Assembly: GCA_002841945.1 (NCBI GenBank) | Contig: PHBI01000002.1 | Coordinates: 11,972-75,971, forward strand | DNA from: Deltaproteobacteria bacterium HGW-Deltaproteobacteria-14 | Lineage (GTDB): Bacteria; Myxococcota_A; UBA9042; PHBI01 | DNA: 64,000 nt | Direction: 5' to 3' | Shown here: one piece after another, positions 34,737-44,709 of the stretch | Layout of the letters: the number at the start of each line of letters is the position of its first letter | How positions within the stretch are numbered: position 1 is the stretch's first letter | Translations under genes and position numbers: made by a program | Notes under the pieces: model-generated | Database searches by the model: none | What the model was told of the DNA's origin: nothing | What the model saw: the letters and a program-made list of their open reading frames with translations, nothing else

Positions 34737-37067
34737 TCAGCCCGTCGGGCGGTACAGCTCGGTCTCCAGCTCGCGCACGGCGGCGCGATAGGCGTCAAGG
34801 GTGCCGAAGCGGTTGACCAGCTGCACGGGCGTTCCCAGCGCGGAGATGGGCTGCACGCGGAGGATGGCGGGGTCCTCGACCGGCGCCAGGCCCTCGTCGG
34901 CGTACTTGTCGAGCAGGGCGTTCAGCACGGCGCGGGCGGGCTCGCCGTACTTCGTGAAGACGTCGCGCTTCTTGACGTTGTCGGCGCGCTCGCGGCGGGT
35001 GAGCGGCGGGCGGCCGTAGACGACGTGGCAGACCAGGTCGAAGGCGTCCAGGTCGCGGCCGACCTGCTCTCGCAGCTCCTCGAACAGGACGCCCTGCTCG
35101 GCCAGCTCGTCGATGACGGCGGCCTTCCGCTCGGCGGCGGTCCAGCGGCGGAGGAAGTCGTCGAGGCTGGCGAACTGCTGCAACACGGTCTGCTTGGTGT
35201 AGTCGACGAGGGACTCGGTGATGAGCTTGCCGTCCTTGCCGTAGTACTGCACGCGCTCGCCCAGGACCTGGACCCGGACCGGGGTGACGACGTAGCGGGT
35301 CGCGCCGTCGGTGGACGGGTCGCCGAGGGGGTCGCCGTCGCCGGGGGTGTCGTCAGGGGGCGTGGGCGGGTCGTAGGGGCCCGGCTCGTAGATGATGACC
35401 GGGTCGCCGTCGAAGCTCGGGTCGGCGAACAGCTCGGTCGCCTTCTTGAAGTCCATGATGGTGAACCAGAGCTTGTCGGCCGCTTCGTGGATGCGGGTGC
35501 CGCGGCCGATGATCTGCTTGAACTCGATCATCGACTCGATCCGCTGGTCGAGGACGATGAGCTTGCAGGTCTTGGCGTCGACGCCAGTTGTCAGGAGCTT
35601 CGAGGTCGTGGCGATGACCGGGTAGCGGTGCTCGGGGTGGATGAAGTTGTCGAGCTGCCCCTTGCCTTCGTCGTTGTCGCCGGTGATGCGGACGATGAAC
35701 CTCGCGGTGTTGGTGGCCTCGTCGGGGCGGCGGAGCGCTACCTCGTTGGCCAGGGCAGAGCGCATGCGCTCGGCGTGGTCGATGTCCTGGCAGAAGACGA
35801 TGGTCTTGCCGTAGGGGTCGGTGGCGCCGAGGTAAGCGACGACCTTCTCGGCGACGCGCTTGGTGCGTTGGTTGAGCACGAGCACGCGGTCCATGTCTTT
35901 TTGGTTGTAGACGCGGTCCTCGATCTCCTGACCGAGGTCGTCTTTCATCCCCTTGGGGGGGCGCCAGCCTTGGAGGTCGACGTCGAGGTCGATGCGGACG
36001 ACCTTGTAGGGGGCGAGGAAGCCATCGTCGATGCCCTGCTTGAGGCTGTACTCGTAGACCGGGTCGCCGAAGTAGCTGAGCGTCGAGACCTCCTTGGTCT
36101 CCTTGGGAGTCGCGGTGAGGCCGAGCTGGATGGCGGGCTCGAAGTAGTCGAGGATCTCGCGCCACGCGCTGTCCTCGCGGGCGCTGCCGCGGTGGCACTC
36201 GTCGATGACGATGAGGTCGAAGAAGTCGGGGCTGAACTGCTTGTAGACGTTCTTCTCCTCCTCGGTCCCGGTGACGGCCTGGTAGAGCGCGAGGTAGACC
36301 TCGTAGGCCGGATCCATGTCGCGGTTTCTGACCTTGGTCATCACCGACCCGAACGGCTTGAAGTCGTTGGTGATGGTCTGGTCGGCCAGGATGTTGCGGT
36401 CGACGAGGTAGAGCACCCGCTTGACGCGCTCGGCCTTCCAGAGGCGCCAGATGATCTGGAAGACGGTGAGGGTCTTGCCCGTGCCGGTGGCCATCACGAG
36501 GAGGATGCGGCGCTGGCCGGCGGCGATGGCCTCGACCGTGCGCTGGACGGCGATGCGCTGGTAGTAGCGCGGCTCCTTGCCGCCGGGGTCGTCGTAGTAC
36601 GGCTGGCGAGCGAGCTTCTCGGTCGCGTCGGTGAGGCCCTTCCACGCACGGTAGCGGGTCCAGAGGTCTTCGGGCGACGGGAACGCGTCGAGCGCGAGCG
36701 AGCGCTCGAGGGGCTGGGAGAGGCCGGTCCTGTCGTGGAACAGGAAACCATCGCCGTTGGACGCGAAGACGAAGGGGACGTCGAGGGTTTCGGCGTACCC
36801 GAGCGCCTGCGCCATGCCACCACCCACGGGGTGGTGGTTGTCCTTGGCCTCGACGACGGCGAGGGGGAGGTTCGCCTGGTAGAAGAGCAAGTAGTCGGCG
36901 CGCTTCTTCTTACCCCGATGGGCGAGCTTTCCACGGACGATGACCCGCCCGGCGGTGAAGGAGAACTCGCGGCGGATCTGCGTGTGCTTGTCCCAGCCGG
37001 CCTGGATGATCGCCGGCGTGATGAAGTTCTGGCAGATCTCGGTCTCGTTCTGGGACTTCTTGCTCAC
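34737..37067 (-). CDS. hsdR: Type I restriction enzyme R subunit HsdR (776 aa)
   Basis: N-terminal PD-(D/E)xK nuclease region (..DYLLFY...AVVEAKD..). SF2 motifs [11 protein letters not shown] and [10 protein letters not shown]. Confidence 0.85.
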   Translation of the reverse strand: MSKKSQNETEICQNFITPAIIQAGWDKHTQIRREFSFTAGRVIVRGKLAHRGKKKRADYLLFYQANLPLAVVEAKDNHHPVGGGMAQALGYAETLDVPFVFASNGDGFLFHDRTGLSQPLERSLALDAFPSPEDLWTRYRAWKGLTDATEKLARQPYYDDPGGKEPRYYQRIAVQRTVEAIAAGQRRILLVMATGTGKTLTVFQIIWRLWKAERVKRVLYLVDRNILADQTITNDFKPFGSVMTKVRNRDMDPAYEVYLALYQAVTGTEEEKNVYKQFSPDFFDLIVIDECHRGSAREDSAWREILDYFEPAIQLGLTATPKETKEVSTLSYFGDPVYEYSLKQGIDDGFLAPYKVVRIDLDVDLQGWRPPKGMKDDLGQEIEDRVYNQKDMDRVLVLNQRTKRVAEKVVAYLGATDPYGKTIVFCQDIDHAERMRSALANEVALRRPDEATNTARFIVRITGDNDEGKGQLDNFIHPEHRYPVIATTSKLLTTGVDAKTCKLIVLDQRIESMIEFKQIIGRGTRIHEAADKLWFTIMDFKKATELFADPSFDGDPVIIYEPGPYDPPTPPDDTPGDGDPLGDPSTDGATRYVVTPVRVQVLGERVQYYGKDGKLITESLVDYTKQTVLQQFASLDDFLRRWTAAERKAAVIDELAEQGVLFEELREQVGRDLDAFDLVCHVVYGRPPLTRRERADNVKKRDVFTKYGEPARAVLNALLDKYADEGLAPVEDPAILRVQPISALGTPVQLVNRFGTLDAYRAAVRELETELYRPTG

Positions 37068-37186
37068 GCAGGCGGCCTCCCAACGTCGTGCCGCGGTCGC
37101 GACCGCAGCGGCGCGAGCCTCTCACGCCGGTCGCCAAGGTTCAACGTCACCCGGCCCCCCCCCGCGCGACCGCACCCCAGGCCGAT

Positions 37187-37330
37187 CCGGAACGGCATCG
37201 ACCCGATCCCGAACGGCATCGAGCCGATCCCGAACGGTATCGGGCCGATCCCGAACGGCATCGGGCCGATCCCGAACGCTCTCGACCCGATCCCGAACGG
37301 CATCGGGCCGATCCCGAACGCGGGATCAGG
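37187..37330. repeat. 21-bp tandem repeat x ~7 (consensus ccgatcccgaacggcatcggg) between the hypothetical gene and the hsdR upstream region
   Basis: Direct reading gives seven head-to-tail 21-bp units with point variants, starting immediately after the stop of the 37326.. gene. Confidence 0.8.
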
Positions 37331-38090
37331 TCGTTGGGGCTGGTGCGTCGGCGGGCGGAGCCTGGCGGGCTCGGCGCTTCTGGTTCAGCCGCTGGTTGCG
37401 CTCGTAGGCGCTCGCGAAGCGGCGGGCGTCGGCGGTGTTGCGGAAGGCGTAGCGGCCGGCGTCGCGGATGTCGGTCATGGCGTCGTCGAGCGCCGTCCAG
37501 GCGCGGTCGCGCAGCGCCAGGGCGCTCGCCATCGCCTCGTCCGTCCGGTACTCCGCCAGCCCGGCGCGGATGGCGTCGGACAGCTGGCGCAGCTGGGTCA
37601 CCGCCCCCTCGGCGTCGAAGGTCTGGTCCGACGCGAAGCCGGCGAGCTGCTGCTGCACCAGCTCGCCGAGGTCGACCAGGTCCTGCACCAGGTCCGCCAC
37701 GCCCACGCCCTCGACGATGCGGTCGAGCGCCCCCATCACCAGCCGCGCGTCGCGCAGGTTCCAGCGGATGGCCGCGACCACGCTCGCCCGCAGGGCCAGG
37801 CCCTCGTCCTCGAGCGCCCGCTGCTCCTCGGGCTTGCGCGGCGAACGCACCGCCGCCCAGCGCGCCTGCGCCTCCCGCGCCGCCTCGAGACGCTGGCGCG
37901 CCTCACCGAGACGCTCCGCCGGCAGACCGACCGCCGTCAGCTTCGCCGACACCTCGGCCGGCTCGAGCCAGACCAGCGCGTCCAACGCCTCCTGAAAGTA
38001 GATGTGGGCCGGGATGTCCGGCCGCCGCACCTCGGCCGCAGGGATCGCCTCGAGCTCAGCACGCAACGCCTCAAGAACAGTCGCAGACAC
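37326..38090 (-). CDS. alpha-helical hypothetical protein (~254 aa; start GTG at 38090 preceded by GGAGG)
   Basis: The long ORF (to 38576) runs through the 51-bp tandem repeats. The internal GTG with an SD-like GGAGGT 4 nt upstream is the preferred start. No motif recognised. Confidence 0.35.
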   Translation of the reverse strand: MSATVLEALRAELEAIPAAEVRRPDIPAHIYFQEALDALVWLEPAEVSAKLTAVGLPAERLGEARQRLEAAREAQARWAAVRSPRKPEEQRALEDEGLALRASVVAAIRWNLRDARLVMGALDRIVEGVGVADLVQDLVDLGELVQQQLAGFASDQTFDAEGAVTQLRQLSDAIRAGLAEYRTDEAMASALALRDRAWTALDDAMTDIRDAGRYAFRNTADARRFASAYERNQRLNQKRRARQAPPADAPAPTT

Positions 38091-38469
38091 AGGAACCTCC
38101 GGGTGGACAAGGGTTGAGCCTCGACCCTGCAAGACCCCCGCGACACGCGCAACCGCCCCGGCCGACAGCGATTGATCGTCGGGGCCCGGATGGCGCGCTG
38201 CAAAAAGACATCCGCGGCGAGCCGATTCGCGCTCGTCCCCCGTCGCAAGCTGCCGGCCTTCGGCGGGGCGTTTTCGAAGCGCGCAAAGTGCCTTTGCGCC
38301 GCGCAATCGCGCTGGCGACCGGCCGGTGGGCGAGGCCCACGGCCCGCCGTCACGTCCGCGAAGATCGACCGCCGGGTCGCCCAACAGCTCGCCGCGCTGC
38401 CGCTCATTCGCTCGGCACTCGCCGAAGGGCACCTCGGGCTGGTCAATTGCCGAGCTGCTCGCCCGCGAG

Positions 38470-38581
38470 GCCACCGGAGCGCCCGGCGCGGATGGCGGGC
38501 GGGACGCCCACCGTCCGAACGCCACCGGAGCGCCCGGCGGGGGTGGCGGGCGGGACGCCCACCGTCCGAACGCCACCGCGG
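38470..38581. repeat. 51-bp tandem repeat x2.2 (gccaccggagcgcccggcg..gatggcgggcgggacgcccaccgtccgaac)
   Basis: Direct reading. Lies in the non-coding stretch between the giant helicase gene stop (38623) and the hypothetical gene start. Confidence 0.75.
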
Positions 38582-38622
38582 ATCAGCGCCCCCCGAGCGG
38601 CCAGAGACAGCGCGCTGACCGG

Positions 38623-41600
38623 TCAGCTGCCGGGCGAGCTGACGGCTGGCCGAATGGCGTCGCCGACGAGCTCGACGCGCCTGTGGCTGACGAGGTATTC
38701 GATGCCTGCCTCCATGGCCGCGCGGACCTTCTTGCCGGTCGTTCGGTAGCCGAAGAGGCGCGACAGCTCCGTCACCAGCTCGTCGTGGGCGATGGAGCCG
38801 GATTGTGAGACCAGCCACTCGGCCGCGTTGGCGACCTCCTGGGGGGGCAGGTGCTCGGCCGCCCGGCGGGTGTCGTTGTCGGGATGGAGGCGGAAGACGC
38901 GCCACGTCGTCGGGTCGACGTCCGGCGGCCAGAGGAAGTCCCCGCGCGTGACCGGCCGCAGCACCTTCGCGATGCGCATCGCCGCGACCTGGACCTTTTC
39001 GACGCTGCGCTTGGTCGCCTTCAACGCCCCCCAGGACGCCGCGACCCGGCGGGTGGCCTCTTCGATGTGAATGGGCCCCTCGGTCGCCACCACGCTGACG
39101 AGCCGCTCGGCGAGCGCAGGGCCGATTCGCGGGTCGTCCCACAGCTCCCGCTCGCCAAGCGCCGGTGTCTCGGCCTGGCGGTAGTCGATCGCGTGCTCGG
39201 GCAACGTCGGCTCGGCGGAGTCGGCCCCGAGGAGCGCGTCGATGTCGACCCTCGCGGACGCCAAAGCCGGCGCGGTCTCCACGGCGGCGGACTCGCCGTT
39301 GCCACCGCCATTGCCCCCATTGGACGCGCCGACGGTGGTTTGCACCGCCTCTCGGGCTTCGGTCAGGGCCTGCCGCAACCGCACCATCACCCGCTCACGG
39401 TCGTACCACCAGTCGAGCGACCAGATGCGGAACAGGCGCCACCCCAGAGATTCGAGCACCGCCTGGCGGAGGCGGTCACGGTCACGCGCGGAGCGCGCCG
39501 AGTGATAGGTCGCACCGTCGCACTCCACGCCGAGCAAGTAGCTCCCGGGCCGGTCCGGATGCTTCACGCCGAGGTCGATCCTGTAGCCGGCGCAGCCGAC
39601 CTGCAGATCGACCTGGAACCCCTCCGCCCGCAGCCGCTTGCACACGGCCTCCTCGAACGGGCTCTCGAAGTCGGCGCCCGAGTCGAGCGCCACAGCCTCG
39701 TCGATGGCCCGCGGCCCGCGCTTCGCATAGTCGAGGAAGGTCTTCAGGTGGGCGACGCCGACCGCCTTGGTGCGCGCCAGGTCGATCTGGTCGTGCGTCA
39801 GCGTGGAGAAGACGACCAACAGCTCGCGCGCCCGAGTGATTGCGACGTTCAAGCGCCGCTCACCCCCATCGCGGTTGAGCGGGCCGAAGTTCATCGCGAG
39901 CTTCCCGATTCGGTCGGGGCCGTAACAGATGCTGAAGAGCATCACGTCGCGCTCGTCGCCCTGGACGTTCTCCAGGTTCTTGACGAACACCGGCTCGGGC
40001 ACGGCGTCGGTGAAGAAGCGCTCGAGGCGCTCGTTGCGCTGTCGCAGGCCGTCGAGGAGGTCGAGGATGAGCGTCTGCTGCGCCTGGCTGAAGGTCACGA
40101 CGCCGATGCTCTTCTGCGACAACGCCGGGTCGGCGAGGCGGCGCGCGATCTCGGCTACGACCGCCTCAGCCTCGGCCTGGTTGGTGCGAGATTTCCCCTT
40201 GTCGTAGAAGCCCTTCGGAATGTGGCGCCACTTTACGCCGAGTGCTGGCACATCCGAGTCGGCCGCGGGGAAGATGTGCAGGCGGTTCTCGTAGTAGTGG
40301 TGGTTGCTGAACGCGATCAGCGACTCATGGCGGCTGCGGTAGTGCCACTTGAGCGAGTGCGAGACGAACCCGGCGCGGACGCACTCGTCGAGGATGCTCT
40401 CCAGCTCCTCCATGTCGTCGTCGTCGGGAGGGGCGTCGTCGTCGGCCTTCTGGAAGAAGTTGGTCGGCGGGAGCTGCTTGCTGTCTCCGACCACGATCAT
40501 CTGGCGCCCGCGCGCGATGGCTCCGATGGCGTCCCAGGGCGGGATCTGCGAGGCCTCGTCGAAGACGATGGCGTCGAAGAGCGACATGGACGGATCCAGA
40601 TACTGCGCCACCGACAGCGGGCTCATCAGGACACAGGGCTTCAGCTTCATCAGGGTGTGCGGGATACGGGAGAAGAGCTTGCGGATCGGCATGTGGCGGC
40701 GCTGCTTCTTCAGCTCCGTCCGCAGGAGCGCCAGCTCGCCGGGTCCGCTGATCGCCGGCAGGCGCGCAGCGAGGCGCGAGCGGATCTCTTCACGGGCAAC
40801 GGCCTGCATCTCCAGGTCGAGCTTCCGGAAGCGCTCGATGCGCGCGTCCTGTGAAGTGCCGCGGAACTCGCGCAGGGCAGGCACGCCGCTGACGGCCTCG
40901 TCGATCCACCACGTCGCCAGCCCGCGCTCGAAGCTCGGCAGCAGCGACTGGCCGTCGAGTTCACCTTCGGCGTGCGCCGCGAGAAGGCCGGCCACCGCGC
41001 CGTCCGTCGCGGCCCGCTCGACCGCGTCGCGCCACGCACACCAGCTGCGAAGCTCGCGGATGGCGCCGCGCCAGCCCTGAAAATGCGCGGTCGCCAGAGG
41101 AAGATCGGCCAACGTGCTGGTGAACCGGCCGCTGCCCTCGTTCAGCCGCAGGAGCTCCAAGAGCGTGGTTCGCGCAGCGCGGTAGGCGCTCCACGCCTCG
41201 CGATAGCGACGCACCGCCTGACCTCGGGGGCGGCTCGCTGCGAGCAGCTCGCGCTCGTCGGTCACGAGCGCGAGCAATCGCTCGCGTCCCTCCCGCCCGG
41301 CGAGGAGGGCCCCGCCGGCCATGTCATCGCCCAGGTCAAGCGCTACCGTGCGGTAGGCCTCGGCCCAGCGGATCATCGCGTCGATGGCGTCCCAGTCGGT
41401 GTCGAGCCCCTGCCAAAACGGACCGAGGAAGGCCTCGACCGCGTCGGACTGGCGCGCGATGGCCTCGTCCCGCTCCTTCACCGTCACGGCCCGCTCGAGG
41501 TCCTCGTGTGCTTGCAGGTTGGGCGGGACCTTGCCGTCTTTCGCGACCCGCTTGAGCGAACGCCGGGCGCTCCAGAGCATGAAAAACGCGATCAAGAAGA

Positions 41601-44600
41601 ACGTATGGGCCCACTTCCCGAACTTCGCGTTCAGCTCGCCGAGGTCCATCGAGAGCAGCCCCGCAGCGAAGTGCTCGTCGACGCCCGACCAGATGTCGCG
41701 GCGCTCTCGAACCGTCGCCTCGATGCCCTTGGCGCGCTGTCGATCGCTGGACCAGTTCGACGTTTGGAGCATCTCGCGGGGCGGTCCGGGTGAGCCGACC
41801 AGGACGTCTGCGGCGCGGTCGAGGCGGTCGAGCACGGCGTCCGTCAGCGCCGGCAAGGTGAGCCCCAACGCTTGCGCGGCCTCCGGGGCGGCGGCGTTGA
41901 CCGCGCGACCGCTCTCGAGCGCAGCGTCGAGGGCCTCGGTGATGGCGCGCTCGGCGTGCGGCGTCCAGTTGCCGACCGGTACGCCGCGCCAGGGATGGGC
42001 CGACGGGAGGCCGACGTCGCGAGCCGCGACTTCGACGGCTTCGAGTTGCTTGCGAATCTGGTCGACGCGTTGCGAGTTGACACTCCGCGGCGGGTCCAGC
42101 GGCACCGCGATCGCCGGAGCGGCTTCGTGCTTGAGCACGGCCGACGTGGCCTGGAAGACCGAGGCGCCATAGGGGCCAGGGATGTGAAGGGCCTCGGCGA
42201 AGCGATTGAGCGAGGTCCGCAGGCCGCGGAGCTCGTCGGCACGCAGCGCCCACTCGCTCGCGCCCCGCTTGCCGGCGAGCTCGAACGGGGCGGCCAACTG
42301 CCGGATCACCTCGGTCTTGTTCGACTTGTTCGAGTGGAGCTCGAGGCAGAACTCGCCGATGCCCGCGAGCTTCAGGCGCCGATGGACGACCTCGAGGGCG
42401 GCCATCTTCTCGGACACGAAGAGCACGGTCTTGCCATCGCCGACCAGCTGCGCGACGAGGTTGGTGATGGTCTGCGACTTCCCCGTTCCCGGCGGGCCTT
42501 GGAGGACGTAGCTGTTGCCATCCTTGGCAGCGAAGACCGCCGCGAGCTGGGATGAGTCGGCGTCAACGACGCAGAGGTCGTCGTGGACGGGCCGGTCGTC
42601 GTCGATGTTCGCCGCGGAGACGAAGGGGCGGGCGAGCGGGAAGGACGCCCCCTTGCCCTCCATGATGTGCTCGAAGAGCGGGTTCGCCAGCAGCGTCTGG
42701 GTGCGGTCCTCGAGGTCGGTCCACATCAGGTATTTGGAGAAGGAGAACTCGCCGATGGCCGCGGTCGCCTTGACGTCCCAGCGCGGGATGTCCATCACGG
42801 CGCGGCGGAAGCGATTGAGGATCAAAGGAATATCGAGCCCCGATGCGTCCTCGGGCAGCTCGTCGAGGCCGCGCACGTCGACGCCGAAGTCGGTCTCCAA
42901 TTTCTTGAGGAGGGTGACGTTGATGCGCGGGTCGTCGTCGGTGACGCTGACCCGGAATGGCTCGTGGGCCGAGCCTCGGTGGAGCTCGACCGGCAAGAGG
43001 ATCACCGGCGCGAAGCGCTCGGTCTCGGAGTTGTCGGCCTCGAACCAAGAGAGAAAGCCGACGGCGAGGTAGAGGGTGTTGGAGCCGGTCTCCTCGAGGG
43101 CGGTGCGCGAGTCCCGGTAGAGCTTGGTGAGGCGGCTCTGGAGATCGGCGGCGGCCAGGTCGGCGTGGAGACGACGGCGCTCGAGGGCGGCGGCGAGGAA
43201 GGCCCGTGCGGCGTCTTCGTTGACCCGCTGCTCCATCAGCTGGCCGCTGCGGGGACCGAACACCTCGCGCTCGTCGGGGCGAGGGAGCAGCGCGAGCTTC
43301 GACCCGCCGGCGAGGACGTCTTCGAGCGCCCCGACGTCGGCGCTCTTGAGGGGAATGATCGACTTCAGGGTGAAGCGGACGTTGAGCAGGCGGTTGCGCA
43401 ACGAGAGGTCGAGGAGCTTGCCCTTCCAGCGATCCAGCCGCGAGCGGGTGGACTCGACGCTGACGTGGTCGTCCGTCTCCGGGAGGTGGAGCTGCGGGAC
43501 GGTAGACGCGGGGAGCTGCGACGAGGGCTCGAGGACGCGTTCGGCAAACGCTTGCCACCCCGCCTCGGTCCGGCGGAGGGGGAGCGGGCGGATCTTCGCG
43601 ATTCGAGCGCGCTTGACGTCGATGGCGCAGACGAACTTGTCGGTGTCCTCGAGGTAGCGGCGGGCGACGTCGGAGGCGTGCCGGAAGTCGCTCTTCATGG
43701 CCGCCGCCGAGGAGTCGAATACGAGCGCCTCCTCGCCATCGACGCGCTTGCGGACCGCCGTCGGGTCGAAGATCGACGGGTCGGGGAGCGAGAAGTCGTC
43801 GAGCCAGACACCGGGGAACGCGTGGCCCTCGATGACGTTCAGGAACGGGTTCAGTCCGGTCTGCTCGAGGCACGCCGCGAACAGGACCGTGAGGTCGAGG
43901 CAGGTGCCCATCTGGTCAGCCAGGAGCTGGTCCGGGAGGCGGATCTTCTGGCCCTCTTGTTCGAAGCTGGCCGGCGGGTTGACGTAGCTGACCCCGAGCT
44001 CCTGGACGGCGCCGTAGATGGCCGCGCTCATCGCGACGACGCGCTGGCGGCTGCGCTCCTGGTAGCCGCTGAAGGTCGGGTCGCCGACCAGCCGCTCGAG
44101 GTGTCGCCGCGCGACCTTCAATACGGTCGCGATGGCCGGCTGGTTGGGCAGCACGAAGGCGGCGAGGAGCTCCGGGACCGAGCGCAGGCCGCTCCAGTGA
44201 TTGAAGGCGAGGATCTCGAAGTCGAGGGTCGTGGTGCCTGCAGACCGGCCGGCCACGAAGGCCTCCAGTCGGATGCGACCCGACTCGCTCTCGATCTGTG
44301 CGGCGAGCCGATCGGCCGATAGGGCCAGCGGGAGCGAGCGTAGGTTGTAGGTCGCGCCAGCGTCGATCGACGCGATGCGGGTGACCCAGGGCTCGAACAC
44401 CAGCGGGTCCGCGCTCACCCGGACCTCGACGTCCTCGACCCGCGTGTCGGCGAGGTTGTCGATCCTCAGGAGCCGAATGATGGGGACGTCGTTCTGTTGC
44501 AGAGCGAAGTTCACGCGGGGGTCGTAATCGCACTGGAGTCGTAGCTGAGTGGTCACTGCGTCTTCCCCTTGTGTCCGCGGCGGCGCCAAGGCTCGTGTGT

Positions 44601-44709
44601 GCGAACGGTACAGATGAAGATAGCAGCTCGCGGTTCGAGCGAACACCGCCCACGCGGCAGGCCCGTCGTCAGCCTCACCGCGGATGGTGCTCGCCGCGTC
44701 GCACCGCAA
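38623..44709 (-). CDS. 2028-aa multidomain protein: transglutaminase-like Cys/His/Asp core, DUF4011-like motif, Upf1-like SF1B helicase (AAA_11/AAA_12), C-terminal Vsr/DUF559-type endonuclease-like domain
   Basis: TGase-like GTCLDLTVLFAACLEQTGL...GHAFPGVWLDD. DUF4011-like WKGKLLDLSLRNRLLN. Walker A GPPGTGKSQT and Walker B VFDEASQ...VVGDSKQLPPT. C-terminus GVECDGATYHSARSARDRDRLRQAVLESLGWRLFRIWSLDWW. Confidence 0.8.
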   Translation of the reverse strand: MRCDAASTIRGEADDGPAAWAVFARTASCYLHLYRSHTRALAPPRTQGEDAVTTQLRLQCDYDPRVNFALQQNDVPIIRLLRIDNLADTRVEDVEVRVSADPLVFEPWVTRIASIDAGATYNLRSLPLALSADRLAAQIESESGRIRLEAFVAGRSAGTTTLDFEILAFNHWSGLRSVPELLAAFVLPNQPAIATVLKVARRHLERLVGDPTFSGYQERSRQRVVAMSAAIYGAVQELGVSYVNPPASFEQEGQKIRLPDQLLADQMGTCLDLTVLFAACLEQTGLNPFLNVIEGHAFPGVWLDDFSLPDPSIFDPTAVRKRVDGEEALVFDSSAAAMKSDFRHASDVARRYLEDTDKFVCAIDVKRARIAKIRPLPLRRTEAGWQAFAERVLEPSSQLPASTVPQLHLPETDDHVSVESTRSRLDRWKGKLLDLSLRNRLLNVRFTLKSIIPLKSADVGALEDVLAGGSKLALLPRPDEREVFGPRSGQLMEQRVNEDAARAFLAAALERRRLHADLAAADLQSRLTKLYRDSRTALEETGSNTLYLAVGFLSWFEADNSETERFAPVILLPVELHRGSAHEPFRVSVTDDDPRINVTLLKKLETDFGVDVRGLDELPEDASGLDIPLILNRFRRAVMDIPRWDVKATAAIGEFSFSKYLMWTDLEDRTQTLLANPLFEHIMEGKGASFPLARPFVSAANIDDDRPVHDDLCVVDADSSQLAAVFAAKDGNSYVLQGPPGTGKSQTITNLVAQLVGDGKTVLFVSEKMAALEVVHRRLKLAGIGEFCLELHSNKSNKTEVIRQLAAPFELAGKRGASEWALRADELRGLRTSLNRFAEALHIPGPYGASVFQATSAVLKHEAAPAIAVPLDPPRSVNSQRVDQIRKQLEAVEVAARDVGLPSAHPWRGVPVGNWTPHAERAITEALDAALESGRAVNAAAPEAAQALGLTLPALTDAVLDRLDRAADVLVGSPGPPREMLQTSNWSSDRQRAKGIEATVRERRDIWSGVDEHFAAGLLSMDLGELNAKFGKWAHTFFLIAFFMLWSARRSLKRVAKDGKVPPNLQAHEDLERAVTVKERDEAIARQSDAVEAFLGPFWQGLDTDWDAIDAMIRWAEAYRTVALDLGDDMAGGALLAGREGRERLLALVTDERELLAASRPRGQAVRRYREAWSAYRAARTTLLELLRLNEGSGRFTSTLADLPLATAHFQGWRGAIRELRSWCAWRDAVERAATDGAVAGLLAAHAEGELDGQSLLPSFERGLATWWIDEAVSGVPALREFRGTSQDARIERFRKLDLEMQAVAREEIRSRLAARLPAISGPGELALLRTELKKQRRHMPIRKLFSRIPHTLMKLKPCVLMSPLSVAQYLDPSMSLFDAIVFDEASQIPPWDAIGAIARGRQMIVVGDSKQLPPTNFFQKADDDAPPDDDDMEELESILDECVRAGFVSHSLKWHYRSRHESLIAFSNHHYYENRLHIFPAADSDVPALGVKWRHIPKGFYDKGKSRTNQAEAEAVVAEIARRLADPALSQKSIGVVTFSQAQQTLILDLLDGLRQRNERLERFFTDAVPEPVFVKNLENVQGDERDVMLFSICYGPDRIGKLAMNFGPLNRDGGERRLNVAITRARELLVVFSTLTHDQIDLARTKAVGVAHLKTFLDYAKRGPRAIDEAVALDSGADFESPFEEAVCKRLRAEGFQVDLQVGCAGYRIDLGVKHPDRPGSYLLGVECDGATYHSARSARDRDRLRQAVLESLGWRLFRIWSLDWWYDRERVMVRLRQALTEAREAVQTTVGASNGGNGGGNGESAAVETAPALASARVDIDALLGADSAEPTLPEHAIDYRQAETPALGERELWDDPRIGPALAERLVSVVATEGPIHIEEATRRVAASWGALKATKRSVEKVQVAAMRIAKVLRPVTRGDFLWPPDVDPTTWRVFRLHPDNDTRRAAEHLPPQEVANAAEWLVSQSGSIAHDELVTELSRLFGYRTTGKKVRAAMEAGIEYLVSHRRVELVGDAIRPAVSSPGS

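Noticed and set aside
34594-34798. Long N-terminal extension of HsdM from the ORF-track start (34798)
   Set aside because: It would overlap the hsdR 3' end by 61 nt, and the translated extension is Pro/Arg-rich junk. The conserved HsdM N-domain begins near 34638 or 34594.
37187-37330. Possible CRISPR array
   Set aside because: The 21-bp units are directly contiguous with no spacers and no cas genes nearby, so this is a simple tandem (minisatellite-like) repeat.
38091-38576. N-terminal 160-aa extension of the 37326.. gene through the 51-bp repeats
   Set aside because: The translation is repetitive Pro/Ala/Gly-rich (AFGRWASRPP...). An internal GTG with a GGAGG Shine-Dalgarno at 38090 gives a more credible start.
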